Assembly (NCBI RefSeq): GCF_018350175.1
Contig: NC_058368.1
Coordinates: 219,048,001-219,112,000 of the forward strand
Reading direction: 5' to 3'
Length of the DNA stretch: 64,000 nt
DNA from: Felis catus
Lineage: Eukaryota
Made by a program: the position numbers and the translations under genes. This document shows, one piece after another, positions 1 to 13,189 of the stretch. Numbering within the stretch: the stretch's first letter is position 1; the number at the start of each line of letters is the position of its first letter. The notes beneath the pieces are model-generated. The model saw only the letters and a program-made list of their open reading frames with translations, searched no databases and was not told the origin of the DNA.

Positions 1-207
1 ATACTGAACTTCTTTTCAGTTTTTTCAAAATCTGTAGTACTTTCTCTCCTATTCAGTTCACTGCACAACTCATATCTTGTCCCTGTAAAATCTTTGCTTC
101 CTCAGTACTCCCCTTGAATCTTTAGAATTGCTTATTTCAGCTGTCTGCTATAATGACACTTTTTTCTCAGGTAGCTTCTGTGCCAGCCCAGTGTATTCCA
201 TGGACTA

Positions 208-716
208 TGCATTACTTTTCTACTGCTTCTGCAGCAAATCACCACAAACTTAGAGGATTAAAACAACACAAATGTATTATCTCACAGTTCTATAGGTCAG
301 AAGTCTGACTCACATCTAACTGAGCTAAAATCAAGCTCTCAGTGTGTCTGTGTTCCTTCTGAAAGGATGTAGGGAGAATTCATTTCCTCGGCTTTTTTAG
401 CTTCTAGAGGCTGCCCTCACTCCTTGGCTCGTTGTCCCATTCCAACCTCAAAGCCAACAAAGGACGGTGGAAATTTTCTTACATTATATCATTCTGACTC
501 TGACTTCTACATCTTTCTTTCATTTTTAAGTGCCCGTTTGATTACATTGGGCCCACAAGAATAATCAAGGATAATATTCCTATTTATAGGTCAGCTGATC
601 AGCAAATTAATCCCATCTGCCACTTCATTTCCCCTTCACTGTAGAAGGTAACATATTCAAAGGTTCCAGGAATTAGGGCATGGGGATCTTTGTGGGACAT
701 TATTCTGCCCAACACA
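208..716 (-). mobile_element. MaLR solo LTR, MLT1D-like
   Basis: Reverse complement begins TGTGTTGGGCAGAATAATGTCCCACAAAGATCCCCATGCCCTAATTCCTGGAACCTTTGAATATGTTACC, like the MLT1D 5' end; typical 'accacaaacttagaggattaaaacaacacaaatgtattatctcacagttct' at the other end. Confidence 0.8.
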
Positions 717-1380
717 GCCTGCTCATGGCACTGCTTAAACCACAGTTATCAAGACACCTGCCCCACCTCTTTGTAAGCCAATTTAACAAGAATCAGGAAA
801 TCTTATTCATCATTTAATCTTTGTTCTTAGCATGATATCATGTATAAAACAGCAACAAATATAATAATTAAACATAAGTCTTAAAAAAAAGCTGAGGCAT
901 ATTAGGAATATTCCAGAAAAAAAAAATAAGTGCTTGGGAATGGAACTAAGGAAAATGCAGAGTTACTTCCAGAAAATTTCAGAATCTGGATAAAGGCTCT
1001 GCTCAGTTTCACTCCTGGCTTCTTCATTCTGTACTGAGGTTACTTCCTTGTTTTCACTATTTCTCTTTGTATCAAAATGTTTTATCAGAAACCACATCCC
1101 TTCAAAATATTTTCTCCTCACTTTTGTGCTTGCATCCCTGTCTTCCCTCCATTCCTGATTCCCCTTTGCTCTCCATTTTCTGTTGTTTTTTTGTTTGTTT
1201 AAATAGAATAGGAGCTCAGACTGAGGAGTGGTAACAGAAAGAAACCAAAGCAGGCAAAGTATAAAGACCGTGAAAGGGGAAGACAATATGGGGGCCTCTT
1301 TAGATTACTGCTCTGTATTCAATTACAGTCTTGTGATTTAATTCCTTTCAAATTTGCAATGGTAGTTCATTTAACTATAG

Positions 1381-1900
1381 ATTTTTTTCTTTTTTCTAGT
1401 TTTTATTTAAATTCCAGTTAGTTAACATACAGTGTAACATTAGTTTCAGGTATAGAATTTAGTGATTGATCACTTACGACAACACCCACTGCTCATCACA
1501 AATACCTTCCTTAATACTATCACCCAGTTAACCCAACTCCCCACCCACCTCTCCTCCAGAAACCCTGTTTGCTCTCTGGAGTTATAAGTCTATTTTATGA
1601 TTTGCCTCTCTCTTTCCCCTCCATATGTTCATCTTTTTTGTTTCTTAAATTCAATTTTTTAATTTATATTCGAGGTAGTTAACCTACAGTGTAGTCTTGA
1701 CTTTAACAGTAGAACCCAGTGATTCATCTCTTATGTATGACACCCAGTGCTCATCCCCAAAAGTGCTCTCCTTAATGCCTGTTACCCATTTAGCCCCCAC
1801 CCCACGTGAATGAAATCATATGGCATTTGTCTTTCTTTGACTTATTTTGCTTAGCATAATACTCTCTAGCTCCATCCACATTGTTGCAAATGGCACAATT
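1381..1900 (-). mobile_element. Carnivore L1 3' end fragment, interrupted by a second short L1 3' terminus (~1653-1805)
   Basis: T-rich tail then 'attccagttagttaacatacagtgt...cacccactgctcatcaca'; the terminal motif occurs twice. Confidence 0.8.
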
Positions 1901-2508
1901 TATAGTTTTTAATTAAATTTTTATTATAGGCACGTATATATTGATATCTTCTTTCATTAGGTTATCACACTATACCCAGTGAAATTTTGGGTGTTTTGTC
2001 CTATTCGTTTTAACATCACAACAACCACTATCATATCCATTACCAAAGAATGACTATGAATAATTTAGAGCCATATAGTTTATCACAAAATCAGAACAAA
2101 AATGTGATGATTAATTTACCAAGACAATAGCAATTGTGTTAACTTTTCTTATATTATTTTAGGCAGTTCTAGGCTATGTGTTGTATTACATATTTCTGCC
2201 ATTAAATTTGTCACACATGGTTAATTTAGCTCTAATTTCCCTGCAAAATAATATTGGTGGGACAGATACAATATAATGTATTCTAAGATGCTTATGCCAC
2301 AGGGATTGTTTTCTTTATACGAATAACATACTAATAATATTCATTCATTTTATCTGATTTGTACAAATTCTCTTGTGGCCACAGAAATGCCGAAGAAATG
2401 TGGAGACTTTTTGTTCCCGTCGTCTGTACTTGCTGAGATTAACTAAATGATATTGCAAATTTCAACATATTAATCAGACTTCTATTGCTCCAATTAATTT
2501 TTACTTTT

Positions 2509-2541
2509 ATTTTTATTTTTCTAAATTTTTAAAAATTTATT

Positions 2542-2579
<38 letters not shown>

Positions 2580-2747
2580 AACATGAGCCAAGAAGGGGCA
2601 GAGAGAGAGGGAGACACAGAATCCGAAGCAGGCTCCAGGCCTGAGCCCACAGCACAGAGCCTGACATGGGGCTGGAACCCACGAACCGTGAGACCGTGAC
2701 CTGAGCTGAAGTCCAGTGTTCAACTGACTGAGCCACCTAGGTGCCCC
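2509..2747 (-). mobile_element. CAN-SINE (SINEC_Fc)
   Basis: Antisense head '...tgagccacctaggtgcccc', (GA)n, T tail; TSD aattaat[tt/ag]ttactttt at 2492-2508 and 2748-2764. Confidence 0.95.
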
Positions 2748-3037
2748 AATTAATAGTTACTTTTAAAATTTAGTAATATATAAGCCATATCATATGAAAC
2801 AAACAGCATTTATGATTTTCTGGGATTATATCTTTGTTTCCAAAAATTATATATTCCTACTCAGTTATATATTATAATAAATAATATATTATATATACTT
2901 ATATATTATTAATACATTGACAAAAGATAATATATACATTTGGCCATTAATTTGTCCTAAGCATTTTACCTATTTTTTTTTTTTACAATATCTTGAGGTT
3001 AGCAGTACTGTTACTGATATTTTAAAACTAAGGAAAC

Positions 3038-3263
3038 CGGGGGGCCTGGGTGGCTCAGTCGGTTAAGCGGCCGACTTCGGCTCAGGTCATGATCTTGCGG
3101 TTCGTGAGTTCGAGCCCAGCGTTGGGCTCTGTGCTGACAGCTCAGAGCCTGGAGCCTACTTCAGATTCTGTGTCTCCCTCTCTCTGACCCTCCCCCGTTC
3201 ATGCTGTGTCTCTCTCTGTCTCAAAAATAAATAAACGTTAAAAAAATTAAAAAAAAAAACAAA
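3038..3263 (+). mobile_element. CAN-SINE (SINEC_Fc), young
   Basis: ggggcctgggtggctcagtcggttaagcg head, CT region, AATAAA and A tail; perfect TSD aaaactaaggaaac at 3024-3037 and 3264-3277. Confidence 0.97.
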
Positions 3264-3504
3264 AAAACTAAGGAAACTAACTTTTACTGACATTACACTA
3301 CTGAAGGACATATATTAATAAGGGGCTGATTTAGGGTTTAAACCTAGAAGTACTTCATCCATAAACCACAATTATAATCAGCACACCATAGGGGGCATTT
3401 CCAGGTATTAAGATTTCTTAGAATTGCAGCATTTGAAAGTATTCCAGCTGAAGCTATGAACCTGAGATTTACCATTCCATTCCATTTCAGTAAAATTCTT
3501 GGCA

Positions 3505-3579
3505 TTATTTTTTTCCTGCTTTATTAAGATAGACTGACATATAACATTGTGTAAATTCAAAGTATGTAATGTGATGATT

Positions 3580-3623
<44 letters not shown>

Positions 3624-3803
3624 CAATGTTTACCACAATAAGGTTAGTCAAAACATCTTTCACCTCATTACCATTTTATGGTAAGAACATTAAAGCTCTA
3701 CTGTCGTAGCAGCTTTCAAGTCTACAACATAGTATCATTAATTACAGTCACCATGCTGTACCTTAGATTCTGGGAATGTATTCATCTTGTAACTGAAAGT
3801 TTG
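3505..3803 (-). mobile_element. L1 3' UTR fragment (L1MA8/9-like) containing (TA)n at ~3582-3620
   Basis: 'tttcaagtctacaacatagtatcattaattacagtcaccatgctgtac...ttcatcttgtaactgaaagtttg' matches antisense L1MA 3' end. Confidence 0.75.
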
Positions 3804-5245
3804 CAAGATGAATTTACTTTTACTCTGGGTGTTTTAAGTCTTATAACAACCCTGACATTTAAGTTAATCAGCTTTCTTCAACAATGCTTGAATTTCCTCA
3901 CTTCTGAAATTAAAATCCTTAATGGAGTGTGTGTGAGTGAGTGTGTATGGGGGACAGACAGACAGAAACAGAGACAGGGAGTGTGTGTGTTTGTGTTTTC
4001 TTATGCTGGCATGCACCCTCCTCTTTTGGAAAAACTTTCTTTGGGAAATCACTCCCCTCCACTCGCATTTATATGTGGTCCAAGGGGAATGGAAGCCCTG
4101 CTCACTCTCGCCACTGCCCTGTACTGGTCAATCCGTTTATTCCAACCTCACTATATAATGCTTGGATTGGGGATGGTCCAATCTGGGACTACACTTAATC
4201 CAGTGAGACTCCTTCCCATGACATTTGATAGCATTTGAGTGAAAGTAATCCTTTTTTCCCCTCTTTCTATTGTGATTGTAAGGTATATAGATATTTTAAG
4301 CTTCATTTGCAACACCGTAGGGAAAGGACCTAAAAGGAAAGTAGAGGAGGACATTGAAACACTGAGACTCTGGCACCAGACATTTCTGAAGATAGCTTAA
4401 CCTTGTCTTGATATTTCCATGTGTCAATAATTTCTTTTATTTACTTAAGCCATATAATCTGGTTTCTCAGGCATGGTTTTATTTTATTGCTGACATGTAA
4501 TCTACTGTAGCTAGCTTAATCACACAAGAATTCATTACTGATTATTAGGTTTTAGAACTTACGGAACGAACAAGGAAATATCTTTAAGTCTACTAGCCAG
4601 GAAATGTGATTTTTACTATATCACTATCCATCTTCCAACCTCCATGGTGACAGGGACCGTGCATTAGAGAGTCCACTACAGTGACTCCAGAAAACCTATG
4701 TCTGCTGCTACTTTTCTTGTAAAGAAATGGCTTCTTCCCAGACCAATGTTATATCACTCAATTCTGCCTTCAGAATCTTGTCTGTCTCTTAGCTCTGAGA
4801 AAATACTGGAAGTGTTCTTCTATCCTTCCTTTCTAGCCTCTATGGCACTATAACACTATAGAAATTACTAGAGTGGGTACTAAGTGAAGCAATATGCAAT
4901 ACTGGCAAAATTAGCAACCGAAAGGATCATGGATCAGAAAGTAGGGTCTTCACCCATTTCACAATGCAACCATTAACTCTTGAACTTACCTTATCAGCTC
5001 ATCGTGACCCTCTGAGAATGACTGCATTTCAATTCCATGTTGGTGCTGAGGATATTAGCATTTACAATGAAATTATTACATAATTTTAATAATTTATGAA
5101 GCATTAGAGATCAAAAAGACTTTTTAATAGCTCATCTGGGACATCTCAGTTTGTACAAGAGGAAATCAGTACAATTTAATTCATTCCGTTTCCTTAGAAC
5201 AGAGATTACTGGTGGCTTCAGGTTGTTTAAAAGAATTCTAGAGAA

Positions 5246-5450
5246 GGGCACCCACGTGGCTCAGTTGGTTAAACATCAGACTCTAGATTTTGGCTTAGGT
5301 CATGATCTCACCATTAGTGGGATCGAGCTCCGAGTCAGACTCCACACTTCAGGCTCTGTGATGATAGTGCAGAGCCTGCTTGGGATTCTCTCTCTCCCTC
5401 TGTCTCTGCCCCTCTCTCTCTCAAAATAAATAAATAAACTTAAAATAAAT
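5246..5450 (+). mobile_element. CAN-SINE (older subfamily)
   Basis: Head 'gtggctcagttggttaaacatcagactctagattttggcttaggtcatgatc'; degenerate TSD aattct[a/g]gagaag. Confidence 0.9.
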
Positions 5451-6019
5451 TAATTCTGGAGAAGCCATTCTATCTATTCCTTCAATTTCTTTCTGCTGTT
5501 GTGCCAGAATGCAGGCCCCAGAACAATCCATGTTATCAGGGTAATGAATCAGTCAAAACTTGTGTGCCTTCTTCAACCCCACACAACTTCTCAAAGGGGT
5601 AAAGGGTTTAGTCTCCGTATTAAATATTATAGAAGTGTCAAAATTGTAGGTTATAAGCTTTGTGACTTTTGGAACATATGCACCATTATTATTTTTTCAT
5701 TAAAATTACAAAATAAAAATTTCTCATCATGATATGAAATATAAACACTCACTTGGAACAAATTGCTAGAACCGTTTGGATGGGAGCTGCTGTGGTCTGC
5801 CATGATTAGGGGACAATATGCTTTACCATGTATTTCTGGTTCATGAAAATCAATGGAGGTATATTACCCCTTCCTACCCTTAAATTCTTTAGTTCACTAC
5901 TTTCAGGACAGAGTATGTTTCATATGTTTTTTTCTATGTCAATTCCCAGTCATCCTTCCCTCAATATGTGTAAGCCATGCTAGAATTCTAAATTTTACTA
6001 CAAATTTGTACCTGTCTTC

Positions 6020-6392
6020 GGACCTTGTTTTTGATGTTTCCTCTGTCTGGAGTGTCCTGTGTCCAGTTCATCCCACGAATGAGTCCTTCTTGTTATTGAG
6101 ATCTTAACTCAGACTCACCTCGACATCAAAACTTTCTTTAGCCACTCAATCTGATTTGAATTCCTGGCTCCAAAAGACAGTTACTCAGTTTTATTATTTT
6201 TAGTTTTTTTTTATCACTCTGAAATTGTATAATTAGTGCATGATTAAGTGGTGTATTTTGTGTCCCAACACAATCTAGTTAGAAGTAAATCTTCATCTCC
6301 CTCAACACTGGTTAGTGCCTAGATCACACATGTGCACGCATAATAAGAGAAATATTAAGAGAATTTTGAACAAATATTTGTAGAATGAATGA
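6020..6392 (+). mobile_element. L2 3' fragment (degenerate)
   Basis: 'tgtttcctctgtctggagtgtcc' and terminal 'aaatatttgtagaatgaatga'. Confidence 0.45.
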
Positions 6393-7952
6393 TAGGATGA
6401 TTTTAAAAACTGAGAGGAGAACTTTACAAATAATTTTTAAGTATCTGAGTTTATTCATCTTGGGAATTTCTTTGAAAGTTCAAATCTCCTTCTTGTTTCT
6501 CTAATATAGGTCAGAAGGATACATCTGAGAGGCCAAACCAAAGGTCAATCCTAGATATTTCAAAATTACCTAAATAAATTGTGAATATTAAACAAGAATA
6601 ATGACCCAAGTTATGAACCTTCCATTGTCTCTTCCCCCAGTGATTCTTCTCTTATTAAACAGAAATTAAAATTCCCTTCTTTCAGGAGAATTTCCTGTGA
6701 GCTTATTAGTCCCTCTTGTGGTACTTTATTGAGAGTAAATGCAATTTAATACAGTATATTGTCCTACTCATTATATTCCTTTCAAGAATTTACAGAGTAC
6801 AGTCTAGCTTTGCCATCATGTGATACACACAAAATAGTTTTATGCTTCATTATAAAATATTTCTACCCTAAATATTACTTCGTTGATTGCATTTATATCT
6901 CTCTGTAGCAACACCTTTAATTGTCCACCAACACAGATAACGAGTTCAAAATAATTCATGCCCACCCTTTAAGTTTTCTATAGTGTTAAGTATGAATTTT
7001 AGTAGTATTTTCCCCACATTCTTTGTCATTTTTGTTGTATTTATCTTCGTATTGATATTTATCCATTGTGATTAAGTCAAGATGGTTGATTATTCCTTTC
7101 GCTTCCTCATAAACATAGGTTTCAGTATGCAAGACATGAGAAACATGCAAATATGACTATTTGGGTTTTGTATTTTAAATAAAGCAATATTTAGGCACCT
7201 ATTTCAGTTCTAAGACAAGATATATACCGTTTTCAAGAAAGAACAAATGTTTCTGAAAAAAAGAAAACTTAGCAGGTTTAGACTGATAAGTACAGAAGTG
7301 ATTGTCATGTAAGAGTTTATTATAATCTAATTGTTTATTATGTTGCCATTCATTTTGAAAGTAGAGCTATAGGTAACAAGGCAAAAGCACCACATATTTA
7401 CACACCATTTTAGGCTTCAAATTCAACATTAAGATATGTAGCATTTTGAATTTTTAAAAATTTCATGGAGAGAAAACTATAGGCTACAGTCAACAGAGAA
7501 GACTTACTTTAAAAAAAGAAAAAAATAAAGACCTTCACTTTAAGGGCTAGAAATCATTACACAATTTTTAAAAAGAAATATACACCATAAAAAGAATTGC
7601 ATTTTAATAATAACATAGAAATAAAGTTATCACAAATTTTATCTGTATTTTCTTAATGGTTAATCAACATTATGCTATGAATCAACATTACGCTATTATC
7701 GCATAATATGTCATCCATTTTTATGTTACTAATAAGACATCATGTGTTCTAATTATATGCTGTCTAATCTATAGTGAGTGTAACAAAAGAGATTAAATTA
7801 ACATTATATACTGCACAATAATATAAAATAAATATATTAAAACTGTCTACATATGTGTATGACTAATTTGTTATTTTAGTTATTTTTAGAAGTATAACCC
7901 ATTCACTAGCATGAATTATCCAATCTCTTAAATGTTTTATTTCACTAAATTA

Positions 7953-8174
7953 ACAAAAAATCGTTTAACATTTATTCACTTTTTGAGAAGGAGGGAGACA
8001 GAGTGTGATCAGGGGAGGGGCAGAGAGAGAGGGAGACACAGAATCCGAAGCAGGCTCCATGCTCTGAGCTGTCAGCACAGAGCCCAATACAAGGCTTGAA
8101 CTCATGTACCATGAGATCATGACCTGAGCCAAAGTCGGACACTTAACCCACTGAGCCACCCAGGCAGATAGCCC
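7953..8174 (-). mobile_element. CAN-SINE (SINEC_Fc)
   Basis: Antisense SINE body; TSD atttcac[t/c]aaatt on both sides. Confidence 0.93.
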
Positions 8175-8429
8175 ATATTTCACCAAATTTTAATTACCTT
8201 ACTTCTCCTTTTTAATAAAAAGATGGAGAATAATAATTTTATATTACTTAAAATGCTATCTATTGAATAATATCATCTCAATCATTAAAAATAATTTGAT
8301 GGTTTCTATAAGTTTTAAACATGGAAATATATAATATATACATAGTTTAACTGAATCAGTGAAATATATAAATCAGTTAGGCTATAGAAAATATTTTTTC
8401 CTATTCACTCATTTTGAGAGTCTGTAGAT

Positions 8430-8819
8430 GCATATACAATGAATTATGTTATCCTCCCAAATTCATATGTTGAAGACCTACCCACCAATGTGACTATATT
8501 TGGAGATAAGACCTTTTTTGGCAGTAATTAAAGTTAAATGAGCTCAAAAAGATGGGATCTTAAAACAATAGGACTGGTGTCATTATAAGAAGAGACACAT
8601 TTCTACCTGTGTGCTTGCACAGAGGAAAGACCACGTAAAGAACATGAGTTGAGAAGGCGGCCTTCTGCAAATCCAGGAGAGAGGCCTCAACATCAACCAG
8701 AGCCATCAGCATCTTGATCTCAGCCTTCCAGCCTCCAGAATTTTTGAGAAAATAAATTTTGGTTGTTTAAGTCATCCAGTTTGTGGTATTTTGTTGACAG
8801 CCCAAGCAGACTAATAACA
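8430..8819 (+). mobile_element. MaLR solo LTR, MLT1A-like
   Basis: 'ccaaattcatatgttgaagaccta...ggactggtgtcattataagaagaga...aataaattttggttgtttaagtcatccagtttgtggtattttgtt...gcagactaataaca'. Confidence 0.85.
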
Positions 8820-9339
8820 GAAACACTTGTATATCAAAGCAAATAGTATATATAAAAATTCAAATCTAAAAGAAACATAACACTTTGAAAAAAGATACAA
8901 TAAATTTAACATGGATGCCACTGTGGATGGTTTCATTTAGGAGACTGCTGCTGAGAGGGAGATGGTAGTGAGCAGCCCTCACTCCTAGCAATGGGAACAG
9001 AAAAAAAGTTGAAGGACTAATGATTAGATTTGTTTGTGTCTCTAAGTGCTTCATATAGTACCCTTAGGCTCATTGAAATGGGCACGAAGTATTCCGCTTC
9101 ATTTTTTATTTCACAATTCATATCAAAATATTTGATAGATATTCAATATATATTTTGTTATTAATTGAAGTTGGTAAAATTAAATGCTAAATATGTATCT
9201 TATAGAACTGGTCTTAGTTAAGCAATCTAAAAATCTCTGGGCTTTTATGGTAGTGCTATAGAAGAACACAAAAAAGAAGACACATAACCCTCTGTTAATC
9301 TATCAGTAGCACTAAATAACTAGATAAAAAATCAGTTTT

Positions 9340-9560
9340 GGGCACCTGGGTGCCTCATTCAGTTGAGCGTCCGATTTCTGGTTGGTCAATGTCTCTCAGT
9401 CCATGGATTTGAGTCCAGCATCAGGCTCTGTGCTGACAGCTGAGAGCCTGGATCCTGCTTTGGATTCTGTATCTCCCTCTCTCTCTATCCCTCCCTTGCT
9501 CATGCTCTGTCTCTCTCTCTCTCAAAAATAAATAAATGTTAAAAAAATTAAATTATATTT
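9340..9560 (+). mobile_element. CAN-SINE (SINEC_Fc)
   Basis: SINE head, body and tail; TSD aaaaaatcagtttt. Confidence 0.93.
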
Positions 9561-10049
9561 AAAAAATCAGTTTTAAAACGACTATTTGTCTGGAATCCAC
9601 CAGGAATATGCTAACCCATTGCATAATCAACAAGATGTTTATTATAAACAAAAAGTCGAAACATAGAGTAATGGATAGAAAAAAATTGACATATTTTGAA
9701 ATGATAAGTAGAAACTATTTAATACAGAATTAAAAATTTACCATGTAAGACACATAAATATATTTTATTTTACATTGCTTAACGATAAAAAGACTAAGAT
9801 CCTGTATTTATACCAAAATTTTCTTCTTCCCTGTTCCGTAACCCTGGCCATCTTTACACGAGAATAACTGTAAAAGCATAGATAGCAAATAAGCCAACTT
9901 GTATCCCTGGAAGAAAACATCATCTTTGTAAATGATATATAGACAAGTGTCACCTCATATTAGAAGGAGTGTATATTAAGATTTATTAGTAAGGAGTGTA
10001 TATTAAGATTTATTAGTAATGTTAATCAAAAATACAAAAATGAACTTTC

Positions 10050-10200
10050 AGTCCCAGAGTCTTGTTCTACTGCTATGTAATCTTTCAAGGGTCAGTTAGC
10101 CTTTTATGATGTGTTGTTTTCAGTTATAAATGTGAAAAAAAAATTCACACCTCAGAATTATAAGGATTAAATGAAAACAATTGTGTAAAATATTGCACTG
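10050..10200 (+). mobile_element. MIR fragment
   Basis: MIR core-like 'cagttataaatgtg...acctcagaattataaggattaaatgaaaacaattgtgtaaaa'. Confidence 0.5.
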
Positions 10201-11009
10201 TAATATAATATTTAACACCTTAAGCACACATGTGTATGACAGAGGGTTTTGTAAGCAAAAAATAATAAAAAAGAGGAAAATAGGGTCATTACAATCTGAG
10301 TGATAGAAAACTGTTAAATTTGATGGTAGATTAGAATCTGAGCACTGAATTCATTCTAGAGTGATTTTTGGTTCATCTTTTTCTTAGAATTTAGAATTTA
10401 ACATTTTGATTCCTCACCACAGTGAGAAGAAATGAGAAAATGAAATCTCAGGGGAAACTCCTCTTTGATTCCCCGCTTCAGATCTTTTCTCTGTGTGTGG
10501 AATCTATATCGAATATTCTTCCTTTGATCTCTGCCTGAAAAGGCCACTGACAACAGATATAAACTTTGGTATGAAAAGTCCTAGATGGACATATACAAAA
10601 GAAGTTTAAAAGTGAGTGTAATAAGAATATTCCAGGCATATTACAGCTATGCTAAATTCAGTTAATATTTTTTAAATAATTGATTACCCAAATGTTAATA
10701 ATTGCTCTACTTGTATGTTCATGTTTCTGCTGTCATTAAACATAGTTATAGTAGTTTTGTAACTATACAAAAATGCTACCCAAAGATTAAAGGTGAAAAG
10801 TAAATATAGAAAACACCTAATAGAGAATACTAGAAATTATAAATACAAAAAAAGACTTACAACATATGATAGAAAAAGTAAACAATCTAATTTAAATGGG
10901 TCAAAATTATAAGGACAAAATCCATAGAAGATGGTAGAAATATCCAATTGATATATACGAAAAGAGTGTATACTTAATTACTAGTCAAAGAAAAGCTTAT
11001 CAAAAAGAT

Positions 11010-11660
11010 AGTCAGTTGACTTAAGGTGGTACCTCTGGATAGCCATAGCATGGAGCTGGTCATCAGAAGGACACCGTGATTAAAGTTGAAATTTTCAGTC
11101 CAACCCACAGTCCCCTGGGAAAGAGAAAAGGGTGGGGCTGGGGATTAAGCTCTATAAACACTCTTGAGCAATGACACTTGATGTGCTTCCAGGTTGGGGA
11201 AGATGTGGAGGTTTGGGAAGAATGATGTACCTCAAGAAGACCTGGAAACTCTGTGCTCCTTCTCCTATACCTTGCCCTCAGGGACTTTTCCATCTGGCTA
11301 TTGTTGAGTTGTATTTTTTTATAATAAACTGGTAAATGTAAGTAAACATTGCTCTGAATTTTATGAGCCATTCCAGCAAATTATTGAGCCTGAGAAAGGG
11401 AGTCATGGAAACCTTAATTCATAACGGGTTGTTCAGAAGTATAGATGACCATCTGGACTTGCAATTGGTGTCTGAAGTGAGGGAAGCCTTGTTGAGCTGG
11501 GCTAACAGGTAGATAGTGAGAACAGGTAGATAGTGTCAGAATTAAGTTCATAAGACACCCAGTTGGTGTCCACTGAGGATTGGAACATTGCTTGGTTTGG
11601 GAAATCCACACACTTGAAATATGGAAGTATTCTGTGAATAGAACAAGAAACAAGGTTTTG
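11010..11660 (+). mobile_element. MER21-like LTR
   Basis: 'gagttgtatttttttataataaactggtaaatgtaagtaaac...agcaaattattgagcctgag...caggtagatagtgtcagaattaag...acacccagttggtgtccactgag' resembles MER21B/C. Confidence 0.75.
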
Positions 11661-12559
11661 TTTGTTTGTTGTTTTTCCTTTTATACTGATCAATGAGAAA
11701 TTGTAGAGATGGCTAACAATTCCTATACTATTGTTAGTTTCAAGTAAGCAAAACAGCAGAAATGTTAAAAATCATATTGTTATGTTATAGTAATAAGATG
11801 GTTTTTATTAGTTTTTCCTATTAGTATTTTCTTTCCTGTTAGTATCTCCCACCTTCTTGCTTTCTTTCTTTTTCTTTATCTTTCTTTTTTGTATCATTAA
11901 TACTTTGTAACAACTAGGATATTAACCAGGAAAAAATATATGTCTAAACATAGAGCATCCATGTCTAAATGTCTTTCCATAGATAACCATTAACATGGTT
12001 ATCTTTTTCCATATTGAGTGCTAGCAAAGAAAACTGTATCATATCAAAACTGTGAATTTGTATTAGGGTGTAAAAAAGAGTACCTCAAAATAGGATTCAT
12101 TCAAACTGTGACTTCTTAGAAAACTTGGAAGTAAATGAAATTTCCTGGAAAACCAGCAAATACAAAATTTTCTAAAAGGTCATAACCAGCAGCCATTACC
12201 TATGTATGTATGTATATATGGATGCATGTATGTATATATGTATGTATTTCTGATAATATAGAGGGACTTCCCATTCCTGACAAAACTGACACCTAATTGG
12301 AACCACTGAACTTGGGATAGAACATAGGTTATTACCTTTCCAATTTTTAGATATCTCAGTCAGACTGGAAACAGTAAGGAAGTACACAACAGAAGAAATA
12401 TACACCAGCAATTACAAATGATGTTTTTAACTACATGTTACAGAAAGGAAAATGCTCATGATACTTGGTTAAATGAAATAATCAAATACAAAAAGTCATG
12501 CTTACACACAGTAGACATCAATTACTCTGAAAATATAGAAAATATGCACTGAAAACATA

Positions 12560-12900
12560 AATTCCAACAATGGGTAAAAGAGTTACAGGTATTTCACAGA
12601 ACAGGAATCACTTACGTCAATAAGCATATGAAAAAATATTTATTTTTAACAGTAAAAGAACACATATGCCTTTAGACTAGGAGTATTGATATATAGTGCA
12701 TTGATAGTTGTATTGATCTCAATGGTAGATACCTCAAATCAGTAGAAAGCTTACCTATGGGTGAGTAAAAAATGAATGATGGTATATTCATACAATAGAA
12801 TATTATGAAACAGCTAAAATTAATTGCTGATGTAAGAATGGAATAATTATATTTAAGAGAATAAATGTCTCAAAATGAAATAAAATATGGTACGTTTGCT
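12560..12900 (+). mobile_element. Old L1 (L1ME-like) 3' fragments
   Basis: 'aataagcatatgaaaaaatatt', 'ggtatattcatacaatagaatattat' are L1 3' motifs; similar traces at ~10850-11000. Confidence 0.5.
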
Positions 12901-13009
12901 ATGAAATTAAAAACATTTGCCACCAAAAATATATTTGCCACCAAAAACATTTATAATCTATATAAAAATGGAACTATAAAAATAGAAACTATATGGAATG
13001 ATAGAGTAT

Positions 13010-13189
13010 TTTTATAAGAAATTTATTTTATTTTTAATGTTTATTTTTGAGAGAGAGAGCATGCGGGGGAGGGGCAGAGGAGGGAGACAGAGGATCTGAA
13101 GCAGGCTCTACACTGACAGCAGAGGCCCTGATGCCAGGCTTAAACCCATGAAGCATGAGATCATGACCTGAGGTGAAGTCAGGCTCCCC
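13010..13189 (-). mobile_element. CAN-SINE with internal deletion in its head
   Basis: Antisense body ending 'gaagtcaggctcccc', lacking the usual 'ggacgcttaaccgactgagccaccc' segment. Confidence 0.88.

Noticed and set aside
963..1286. 107 aa ORF with a hydrophobic N-terminus (signal-peptide-like)
   Set aside because: Non-ATG start, no recognisable family, no supporting promoter or splice context
3038..3120. tRNA genes
   Set aside because: The A/B-box heads belong to tRNA-derived SINEs; no standalone cloverleaf seen
3678..4238. Longest ORF (186 aa) as a real gene
   Set aside because: Starts inside an antisense L1 3' UTR, crosses (GT)-rich simple repeats and has no recognisable domain
4040..4720. 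Old MLT1J/K-like LTR fragments (also ~45650-45760 and ~58330-58450)
   Set aside because: Similarity is too faint to assign family or boundaries by eye
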